64,000 nt of DNA from Octopus vulgaris (lineage: Eukaryota). The notes under the pieces are model-generated. The model did no database searches, had not been told where the DNA came from, and saw only the letters and a list, made by a program, of their open reading frames with translations. Positions 53,340 to 64,000 of this stretch are shown here, piece by piece. Positions within the stretch are counted from its first letter, which is position 1; each line of letters begins with the position of its first letter. Location of the stretch: contig OX597818.1 of the NCBI GenBank assembly GCA_951406725.2, positions 118,544,001 through 118,608,000 of the forward strand, read 5' to 3'. Made by a program: the position numbers and the translations under genes.

Positions 53340-54402
53340 TATATGTATATATATATATATAATGTATAGATATGAATGGATTTTTGTGGTTACATATATG
53401 TGTATGCATAATGTATAAACAGAAAGTAGGAATTTTCAATAATTTCCACCAAACATATATGGATTATATTTAGCTGTGAGTTCAGGGAATATTTACAAAT
53501 GATTATTCAATCACATCGCTATACTAGATTGTTATCCACCTCACTCATCCGAATTGCTGGTCGCCTCTTTATGAGTGCAGTAAGTATATTGTTTTTTTTC
53601 TTGTTATTCTGTTTGTTTGTTTTTTATGCTTCAGTAACGATTTTTAGTAATAGCATCAAAGTAACGTGTTTTTTTATATAATATATTTCAACAACTTTAG
53701 GCATTCAGCCTCCATCCAGGGTTTTCGACGTGCTAAAATGCAGAGCGAATCTTCCCACATATTCACTACTAGTTTATAAAATGCAATCCCTAATATACAA
53801 ATGAAAAATATCTATTAGAAGCACAAACGAGGAAAGGCTAATTTGCATCTGTTTTATTCACCGAATATGTTTACATCTTCATTCGTACTAATCCCATAAC
53901 GAAACATATTTAAATTTACCAGAGGTCTGATTAAGCCATCTTGGATAAGTAGTTATTAATTATTGTAGCACCATTTAAAGCACAAATATCCACTTTGATC
54001 TATCTAATAATATGCTAGCTTAACTTATGACCGCTTTTTAAGTAGGTGTTATACGATACAGATGGGGAAAGAACTGTGCGCGCGTCTTTTCCATGGATCC
54101 ACCATCAATGTGTGAAATTGTTCATGGGGAAACGCGCTCGCTTCTTTCCCGCAGATCAGCAATAAAGAAGCAATTTTTCTACATTTTAAAATGTTATTGT
54201 TGTTTAATCCTCTGACAGGATAGATATAATTTAAACTTTATATATTCTTTTCATTTAAATTGTGTTCTACATAATAGTCGATTTTTCCATTCTCATTATC
54301 TTTGTAGCAAGTCTCAGGGTGAATTTTACTTATGAACAAAATTATCATAAAATAAAAACCATGTTTTCTTTTAAGGACAAGGAATATGGAATTTAATTTT
54401 CG

Positions 54403-54822
54403 TAGGAGTGGCTGTGTGGTAAGTAGCTTGCTTACTAACCACATGGTTCCGGGTTCAGTCCCACTGCGTGGCACCTTGGGCGAGTGTTTTCTACTATTGC
54501 CTCCGCCCGACCAAAGCCTTGTGAGTGGATTTGATAGACAGAAACTGAAAGAAGCCCGTCGTATATATGTATATGTATATATGTATGTATGTATGTGTGT
54601 ATGTTTGTATGTGTGTATATATTTGTGTGTCTGTGTTTGTCCCCACAGCACCGCTTGACCACCGATGCTGGTGTGTTTACGTCCCAGTAACTTACCACTT
54701 CGGCAAAAGAGACCGATAGAATAAGTAATAGGCTTACAAAGAATAAGTCCTGGGGTCGGTTTGGTCGACTAAAGGCGGTGCTCCAGCATGGTCACATTTA
54801 AATAGCTAAAACGAGTAAAGAG
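54403..54822 (+). mobile_element. SINE family A, full length
   Basis: Near-identical to 9140-9540. Confidence 0.9.
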
Positions 54823-55422
54823 TAATTACGATCAAAATTCATATATTGACGACAATTGCTGCTAATATACAGGATCTGGCCTGGTTGTTTCTGATTTGCA
54901 ATTATATTCCGTAGTTTTGTGCAGAAGATAGGACCACTACGAGAAAAGACTGCAATATCCACGAAACGACTTTCTGGTGAAATGGCTATTACTTTATTGT
55001 AATCCACGGAGGATTAATTTATTTGATCAAATGAATCACCTACACCTGTGTTAGTGTGCAAGTGTGTGAACTTTCCAGAGGAACGTGTACCCTTAATATA
55101 AACCTCAAACAGAATCAGCGTTTTATATTGTGTAAAAATAGGCATTATACTCGATAAAAAGTGGCAACCCACATTCCGGGCATCCCCACAGTCTCATTCG
55201 CAATTTCACTAACAATATATAGGTCAGGCTGATGATACACATGTAACAATTGTCCAAAATATCATGCAACGGAATCGAAAACATAACCTTCTGTTTGGAA
55301 GCGTATTGCTTTACCATTCAGGCATACTACACACCTTAACATATGATAATACATCAGCAGAGATATGTTAATATTTGATGACCTTAATCACACTTCATGA
55401 TAAACATATTTCTGTGGATTGC

Positions 55423-55655
55423 AGAAACATGAATAAGCATTGGAGCAACATGAATGAAAAATTAAGCAACATAAATGAAGAATGGAGAAACATGAATGAG
55501 GAATATAACAACATGAAAGTGGCCTGGAGCAACATGAATGAGAACTAGAGCATTATGAAAGTGTTTTTCTCAAGAACACAACGCGTCTCTCGGTCTGGGA
55601 GTCGAACTCACGACATAAAGGTCGTGAGTGCAAATCCTAATAACTACGCCACGCT
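55423..55655 (-). repeat. 21-bp minisatellite (~7 units) adjoining a diverged tRNA-like SINE head on the minus strand
   Basis: AGCAACATGAATGA-like units with a 21-bp period, followed by GGTCTGGGAGTCGAACTC (reverse B box). Confidence 0.65.
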
Positions 55656-56458
55656 CATTCACACGCTGTTTATATAATCCACATATTTGCTTATCACAAA
55701 TGAGAACCTTTTTAGCTGAATTTCTTCACGTATACGTTATCTGAAACACATAATTTACGATTCTCTGCTATTTATATAAACACAAAAGAACGCATACGCA
55801 CTATTCTTGAAGAGGTGTCCGCAAATAATTGTGGCTAAGAAATACACATTAAAGTACATCCGGAAACGTATCTCTCGGGATGTATTTTGATATTACAAAT
55901 GAAAATCGATATTGAAATCACTGATGATATTCTCTCATCTAGTTCATCGTCATTCGTACTTGTTGGATGGACTGTTTGTTTTCTTCGCGTTCTTACAACG
56001 TCGCTGCTCGCCCTTGTTGTTGTTGTTGTTGTTGCTGTTATTGCTGTCGAGATTGCTCTTTTAACTTAATACATCTCGACATTTATTCTTCTTTTCTTTT
56101 TGCGTGGGCGGTCGGTTAGAACAGGAGAAGCGAAAGGTCATCGATCCGTTTATTTTTAGAAAGAGACAAAATCTTCCCATCAAATGCTTCTTAATATATT
56201 TTTGATGGATCGTATTTTTTTTTCCTCGGTTTCTATTTGAGTATATTAACGATAGAAATGACAACTGATAGTGACATCAATGTACAACAACAATGAAACC
56301 ACAAAAATAACAGCGATAATAATAATAATAATTATTATAATAATAATAATAATAATAATAACAACAATAATAATAATAATAGTAATAATAATAATAATAA
56401 TAATAATGATAATAGTAATGATGATAATAATAATAACAACAACAACAACAACAGCAAC

Positions 56459-56510
<52 letters not shown>

Positions 56511-57108
56511 TCAACTAATGATTAATAAAGCCGTAACTGAAGACAGCCACAGAAAGAAGAAAGGCCTCAGTATGGCCTGGATTGACTACAAAAAGGCGTT
56601 TGATAGCATCCCCCACACATGGATCCTCGAAACACTAGCCATTCACAAAGTAGCACCAACAATTATAAAATTCATAGAGCACTCTATGAATAAATGGCAA
56701 ACAGTCCTACACCTCCAAACAAAAGAGGGACTCATGAAAACCAAAGACATCCCCATTAGAAGAGGAATATTCCAGGGAGACACGCTCTCTCCACTCCTTT
56801 TCTGCTTGGCACTGTCACCTCTATCTGATATGCTAAATACAACTGGATGCGGATATAAATGTTACGGCAAAACGATCAGCCACCTTTTATATATGGATGA
56901 CCTAAAACTATACGCTGCAAATGACAAACAGCTGGAAACACTATTAAAGACAGTTCATTGCACTACTAAGCACTGCACACATCCTACGCAGAACACTTTC
57001 CATACAATAACCATCAGAGCATCACAACAAATCACAGCACATACCCAAGGCACACAGAGCTGCGCTCGGTAGTGAAGTGAAAGCACGCTATAAAAATAAA
57101 GCTACTGA
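56511..57108 (+). mobile_element. R4/Dong-like LINE copy, 5'-truncated and internally deleted, flanked by (AAT)n
   Basis: Near-identical to 58082-58527 joined to 59967-60117. RT motifs WIDYKKAFDS, GIFQGDTLSPLLF and YMDD. Confidence 0.92.
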
Positions 57109-57140
57109 ATAATAATAATAATGGTGATAATAATAATAAT

Positions 57141-57934
57141 GCCTCCCTACAAGAAACTAGCAGGCCAGCAGCTGCCCAGCATGTCGTTTGTGTAAACAAA
57201 AAGAATGAAACCATTGATCATGCTCTCTCCATGTGCAGTCTTTTTGCGCCGACAAAGTATCTCAACAGGCATGATAGAGCTGCACAATATATTTACTGGG
57301 TAATTTGGAAGAAGCTGGACCTGCCCCATTATACAAACCGGTGGGAACGCAAACCATCTCCAGTGCTTGAAAATGATCACATCTAACTCCTCTGGAACTT
57401 CAACATTCAAACCGACAGGAAGATAGAAGTAAATAGGCTAGACATTATATTGAAAGGCTTCAGACAATAATCATGGCTCCTCATTGATATGAGTGTCCCA
57501 ATCGATATAAATGTATCTGTCAAGACCGATCAAAAACTGAACAAATTATAAAGATCTTGAAATAGAAATTAGCAAAATTTGAAACCTGAAGACCAAAATA
57601 AGCCCTGTTGCCATAGATGCACAGGGAATGGTAGCAAAAGGGGCTGATTGCTACCTAGCTTAGATACCAGGAAACCCAAAATGGCAGAAATTCAAAAGAT
57701 AGTTCTCATGGAAACTGACCATATCCTACGTAAAATTATGTCTATGTAATCGTAAAATTTGAAATAAACTCATAATTTTCTTGTTTTCTTAAATATTCTC
57801 TAGAACAACACTATGTACAAAAGGAAATATATGGCACCCTAGGCATAACACCAACAGGAACTTCTGACTTGTCTCTTGAGGTCTCTGGGTGAGACTTGGA
57901 GCCAACTTGTACAAATTCAGAGCAAAATTCATAC

Positions 57935-57936
<2 letters not shown>
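57141..57936 (+). mobile_element. 3' fragment of a second, diverged R4/Dong-like LINE family
   Basis: SLPTRN*, CRLCKQ..ETIDH..C, RHDR and KDLEIEI remnants, a different 3' UTR, (AAT)n on both sides. Confidence 0.8.
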
Positions 57937-58011
<75 letters not shown>

Positions 58012-58029
58012 TTAATAATAATTATTATT

Positions 58030-58062
<33 letters not shown>

Positions 58063-60117
58063 TTACATATGGCTGTAAAGATCAACTAATGATTAATAAA
58101 GCCATAACTGAAGACAGCCACAGAAAGAAGAAAGGCTTCAGTATGGCCTGGATTGACTACAAAAAGGCGTTTGATAGCATCCCCCACACATGGATCCTCG
58201 AAACACTAGCCATTAACAAAGTAGCACCAACAATCATAAAATTCATAGAGCACTCTATGAATAAATGGCAAACAGTCCTACACCTCCAAACAAAAGAGGG
58301 ACTCATGAAAACCAAAGACATCCCCATTAGAAGAGGAATATTCCAGGGAGACACGCTCTCTCCACTCCTTTTCTGCTTGGCACTGTCACCTCTTTGATAT
58401 GCTAAATAGAACTGGATGCGGATATAGGTGTTACGGCAAAACGATCGGCCACATTTTATATATGGATGACCTAAAACTATACGCTGCAAATGACAAACAG
58501 CTGGAAACACTATTAAAGACAGTTCATGGATTTACCAAAGAAATAGATATGAAATTTGGATTAGAAAAATGCGCCAAAGTAACCCTGAAAAGAGGAAAAC
58601 TAGTTAAGAGTAACAACATCACACTAGATAAAACCAATGAAATAAAAGAATTAGACCAAAGCAAAACTTACAAATACTTAGGAATCCATGAACTAGATAA
58701 GACACAACACACACAAATGAAAGAGAAAATAAAAAAAGAATATTATAGACGAGTTAGATCAATATTAAACACAGAGCTCAATTCTAAAAACAAGATAATT
58801 GGTATCAACACTTTAGCTGTCCCAGTTATAAGTTACAGCTACAGTATCCTTAACTGGACACGAAATGAACTGACCAAAATAGATAGGAAAACAAGAAAAA
58901 TAATGACAGGATCTAGGATGCATCACCCAAAATCTGACATAGAAAGACTATATATACAACGTATAGAAGGTGGTAGAGGTCTTATACAGCTAGAAAACTA
59001 CTATAAAATAACCACCATAGGACTGCAAAAATATCTACTTCAGAAGGAAGGAAAACTGATCCAGATAGCGGCAAAACACGAGCAAAACAAAAAACTGTTC
59101 TCAGTATTTAAGGAAGCTAACAAATATAAACAAGAAATCATACCACCTAATAAACATGAAGAAGAAGAAGAAGATGAAGAAACAACAAAAGCTATAAAAC
59201 AAATGAAATCCAAACTAAAAATAGAACAGCAACGAACCATGATAAAACGATGGCAAGAAAAGCCCCTCCATGGTAAATACTGGACTAAACTAAACGCAAA
59301 AGAAATAGACAAAGAAAAATTCCAGCAATGGTTGAGAAGCTCAGGACTCAAAGCAGAAACAGAGGGATTTTTAATTGCAGCACAAGACCAAAGCCTCCCC
59401 ACCAGAAATTACCAAAAACATGTAATGAAAAGAAATATTACAAGTAACTGCAGAATATGTGGAGATGGACAAGAAACAATAAATCATATTATCTCTAGCT
59501 GCCCAGTCTTGGCTAAGAAGGAATATATTCACAGACATGACAGAGTTGGAACCTACATACATTGGAAGCTATGCCAACATTATGGAATAACAACAGAAAA
59601 AAGATGGTATAGGCACACACCAGAAAAGGTCACAGAAAACGAAAAAGCAACCATACTCTGGGATATGCCGATACACACAGATAGAGAAGTTAAGGTCAAC
59701 AGACCAGATATAGTTGTCAGAGATCATGAAGGAAAAAAATGCTTTCTAATTGATGTATCAATACCGGCTGATGACAACGTGTCTCTAAAAGAAATGGAGA
59801 AACTCTCAAAATACAAAGACCTGGAAATAGAGGTAACTAAAATGTGGAATCTGAAAACAGAAACAATTCCTATCATAAGAGGTGCATTAGGCATGATAAA
59901 AAAATATTCAGACAAATACATAACAAAAACACCAGGACTTACAAACACATATAACATACAGAAAATTGCACTACTAGGCACTGCACACATCCTACGCAGA
60001 ACACTTTCCATACAATAACCATCAGAGCATCACAACAAATCACAGCACATACCTAAGGCACACAGAGCTGTGCTCGGTAGTGAAGTGAAAGCACGCTATA
60101 AAAATAAAACTACTGAA
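58063..60117 (+). mobile_element. R4/Dong-clade RLE non-LTR retrotransposon, 5'-truncated, inserted in (AAT)n
   Basis: RT, CCHC knuckle and PD..D endonuclease domains with (AAT)n on both flanks. Dong-type elements are known to target TAA repeats. Confidence 0.93.
58089..60018 (+). pseudogene. RT plus zinc knuckle plus restriction-like endonuclease, with one frameshift near 58392
   Basis: YMDDLKLY, GGRGL, CRICGDGQETINHIISSC, RHDRV and RPDIVV...LIDV. A 2-nt deletion relative to the 56818 copy splits the 102-aa and 539-aa ORFs. Confidence 0.92.
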
Positions 60118-60194
60118 TGATAATAATAATAATAATAATAATAATATTAATAATATTAATAATAATAATAATAATATGAATAATAATAATATTA

Positions 60195-60258
<64 letters not shown>

Positions 60259-60267
60259 TAATAGATT

Positions 60268-60478
60268 CAATTTTCCGCGCAAGGACAGTATTTTTTTGTG
60301 GAGGGGATAAGTTGATTACATCGACCCCCGTACACAATTGGTACTTATTTCATCGACCCCAAAAGAATGAAAGGCAAAATCGACCTTCGCGGAATTTGAA
60401 TTAAGAACGTAAAGACGAATGAAATGCCGCTAGGCATATTTGACCGGCATTGTAACGATTTTGACATTCTTGCCGCCG
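60268..60478 (-). mobile_element. SINE family B, diverged
   Basis: GGTACTTATTTCATCGACCCCAAAAGAATGAAAGGCAAA is the reversed central domain. Confidence 0.8.
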
Positions 60479-61066
60479 TACATAATATCAAAAATATTAA
60501 CTAGTAAAATGAATCTAAATGACTACGTACAAAATAATTTAGTAGATATTACAACAATAACTTATAAGAACATAATATGAGCCATTGATAAACTATACAT
60601 TCTCGACCTCTTTATGTATCATCACTTTCCTAATGCTGATAAGAATTTAAGTAGCGGCAGCAGGAATACGCATGCTCAAGATACTCACATTTTTCGGTAG
60701 TCGAACACAGAAAGTGCTTCCTCAGCACAAGCCGAGTATGTTATTTATCGACACCGGTGTCACAAAAAGACGGTATTTGAAACGACTCGGAAGAATTGAA
60801 AAGGATCATACTCAAGGCCTTTCACTAAGGGGTCGAACAAAGTCGAACAAAAGGTTCTTCATGATTACAAACCGAGAAACTTATTCATCAGCCATGCTTG
60901 TTTCAATGCTGACAGACAAAGAGACAGATAGACAGACACACACACATACACACACACACACGCTCAAACGCAGATACATATGCGCGCACTACAACTTCAA
61001 TAATAGTTGTTGATGTGTTTGTGTCCCTGTTATTTAGCATTTCAACAAAAATATGGGGAGAATAAC

Positions 61067-61478
61067 TCTCTTTTACTCTTTTACTCTTTTACTTGTTTCA
61101 GTCATTTGACTGCGGCCATGCTGGAGCACCACCTTTAGTCGAGAAAATCGACCCCGGGACTTATTCTTTGTAAGCCCAGTACTTATTCTATCTGTCTCTT
61201 TTGCCGAACCGCTAAGTGACGGGGACATAAACACACCAGCATCGGTTGTCAAGCAATGCTAAGGGGACAAACGCAGACACACAAACACATACACTTATAT
61301 ATATATACATATATACGACAGGCTTCTTTCAGTTTCCGCCTACCAAATCTACTCACAAGGCATTGGTCGGCCCGGGGCTATAGCAGAAGACACTTGCCCA
61401 AGATGCCACGCAGTGGGACTGAACCCGGAACCATGTGGTTGGTTAGCAAGCTACTTACCACACAGCCACTCCTGCGCC
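61067..61478 (-). mobile_element. SINE family A, full length
   Basis: Reverse complement of 9140-9556 with few differences. Confidence 0.9.
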
Positions 61479-63079
61479 TAAGTACCTGATTTTCTTTTTT
61501 TTTCTTAATCACTAACTATTACAGTTGATTTGTTCGACTAAGATATATAAATGGTATGGCTCGGCATGGTCACTGTCCAGTGATTGAAAGAGGTGTGTAT
61601 CTATGGAAATACGAAACTACTATTGCGATGTTGTTTCTAAATTATTCCTCTCCTAAAAAGGAAACCGCTAATGACGTCAATGAAAACACTGGGTGTTGTT
61701 AACGATCGGGCATAAATCACTGTTTTCATTATCAATTTCATTAATAACAAAAATATCGAATTTCAGATTTACGTTGGTTTGGTTGACGATTTCTCATTAA
61801 ATAACTCATCCTACAATGTGGACACTACGTAGACAATAGGTGAGTGAGAAATATAAGTCAAATATCATTGTAACTGTATTTTTAATGCATTAGCTTAAAA
61901 ATCTACTTCTTAACAAGTTACTTATCAAGTCGCATCGTAAGCATCGGAATGTTACACTGTTACTTAACCAGGAAGTTGTACGCCCACTGTCTCGTTTTAT
62001 CACATTATGCGTAGGCTTTGGTAACCATGGAGGCACACAAACAAAATTAAATAAAAGCAAAATAGTCATTGTATAATTTACATACATCAGCGGATATCTC
62101 TACTGTTCCTACAATAACAAAACAATCTAGTCAACAACATAAATAAAATGGAAAGCATTAATTTTACGTCAGAGAAGAAATATTCAATCCAGCTATAGAT
62201 TGCTTTAGCGATGTGCGAAATAAGAATATATGAAATTTATACCGAAACACAATACCTCGTGGAGTAAGAACCTGGAAAAGAGAAGCCATATCATTCAGGA
62301 AAATTGTAGTGTCATTCATATCTAGAAACCACCAAAATATTAATACATAGTATTTCAATGACACGCTGCGAAACTACAAAATATTCAACTTAGAGGATGT
62401 AAAATGTGTAAAACAGTTATCGCCACATCCATAAGGAGATATACTAGACAAAATCACACATACAAAACATAGTATTGTTTCTTACTACGTAACTTCAGTA
62501 TAACTCATTCTTGTAATATCAATGACAAATAATTAAAATATTCACTATTTATTCGGTCTAGTAGATATTAAGCTGATGAACCACATCAGAAAATACTTCG
62601 GAAAACGTACATAATCCCCACACTGACTCATTCACATAAAGAGTTAAATCAGACTCAACATTATTAACGAGACTCATTTCAGCCCTTAAAGATAAATGAT
62701 TCAACAAACCAACACAGTGTAGTATATGACGAAAATGAAGATATTTACCTAAATGGTGTAAATATCCTACTTTGACTGACTGAAATTATCTGTGTTCTGA
62801 TAGTTCAGAGGCAGAATTATAGACGAAAATTAACATGAAAATAAACACTCTCATGCACGTGTGTTTCAGGTAGTAATTCCACAACATAATAGTTATATGC
62901 CGAAACTAAAACTACATAGCAATATTATAATAGATACAGTAGAATTTCTATACTGGTGGACATGCAGCTGAAGATCTTCGCGATTTTTTTAATAAGAATT
63001 TGGTTTAGAACTCATTGACAGTATTGATTTAGGTACAAATGTGACCTACTGGGAATGCAGTGCTGACATGTATTTTTGT

Positions 63080-63240
63080 GCGACTTGATGTGTTTACGTT
63101 CCCGTGACTTAGCGGTTCGGTAAAAGAGACCGATATAATAAGTACTGGGCTTACAAAAATACGTCCTGGGGTCGATTTGCTCGACTAAAGGCGGTGCTCC
63201 AGCATGGCCATAGTCAAATGACTGAAACAATTAAAAGAGT
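63080..63240 (+). mobile_element. SINE family A, 3' part
   Basis: CTTAGCGGTTCGG through GGCGGTGCTCCAGCATGGCC and AAATGACTGAAAC. Confidence 0.85.
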
Positions 63241-63551
63241 AGTAGTTCGGCACGGTCAGAGTTGGCATGAGAAATAAACAACAATAATTATATACGCAAC
63301 AATAAGAAGCAAAAGCATATAAATTTTTTTTTAATGAACAGCATCAACAGCGATAATACTTATTATAGGCAAAACACCCGAAATTTGTTGGGGAAGCCAG
63401 ACGATTACGTTGGCCTTTGTAATTAAATTGTAATTATTTATAAAGAGCGAAAGGATGAACGGCACAATTGACCTCGGCAGAGATTGAACACAGAAAGCGA
63501 AGACAGTCGACACGCTCATTAGAATTTTGTTCATCGTAAAAGGGACACTGC

Positions 63552-63856
63552 GTGGAGGCGCAATGGCCCAGTGTTTAGAGCAGCGGATTCGCGGTCGGAG
63601 GATCACGGTTTCGATTCCCAGACCCGGCGCTGTGTGTGTTTATTGAGCGAAAACACCTAAAACACCACGAGGCTCTAGCAGGTGTTGGTGGCGACCCTTG
63701 TTGTACTCTTTCGCCCCAACTTTCTTTCACTCTTTCTTCCTGTTTCTTGAGTAACGCTGCGATGGGCTGGCGTCCCGTTCAGCTGGGGGGAACACATACG
63801 TCATAAAAACCGGGAAACCGGGCCCATGAGCCTGGCTAGGCTTGAAAAGGGCGCAT
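63552..63856 (+). mobile_element. SINE family C, full length
   Basis: Near-identical to 4694-5010. Confidence 0.88.
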
Positions 63857-64000
63857 AAATAAATAATAAAATGGACTTTCCTAGCTCTCTGCCTTTCAAC
63901 AACATCACCAACAATATTAATTACAAATTTGAATCACAATAGTTTGAATGTAGCCAATACGTTCTTGGAAATCGTCTTGCTTTTTCTTAGCAATGTTCTC

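Noticed and set aside
62570-62600. CTGATGA...GAAA motif; other isolated CTGANGA hits such as 6479, 40217, 55229, 55921 and the minus-strand hit near 60720
   Set aside because: No compatible stems I-III around the core boxes.

Overview
AT-rich eukaryotic DNA dense in microsatellites and interspersed repeats. The SINE families resemble ones I recall from octopus (coleoid cephalopod) genomes; this is recognition from memory, not a search. No intact host protein-coding gene can be supported, and most ORF-track entries are microsatellite translations. Supported content: three tRNA-like SINE families in many copies, a decayed CR1-group LINE (34660-37410), R4/Dong-type restriction-like-endonuclease (RLE) LINEs clustered in (AAT)n, Helentron-associated (HINE-like) elements, Tc1/mariner and pogo-type MITEs, and two long foldback elements. 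The strongest unexplained signal is a set of at least five unrelated small elements carrying type I hammerhead ribozyme (HHR) motifs, mostly inside or next to (TA)n tracts, consistent with Penelope-like-element termini or retrozymes. The best case is a 492-nt terminally redundant, highly structured unit (37696-38204) with a greatly extended stem II. A second family also has an extended stem II with conserved pairing, and a third carries a CCGACGA core variant. Ribozyme activity, transcription and circularisation are untested inferences. Repeat boundaries were read by eye and may be off by a few bases.
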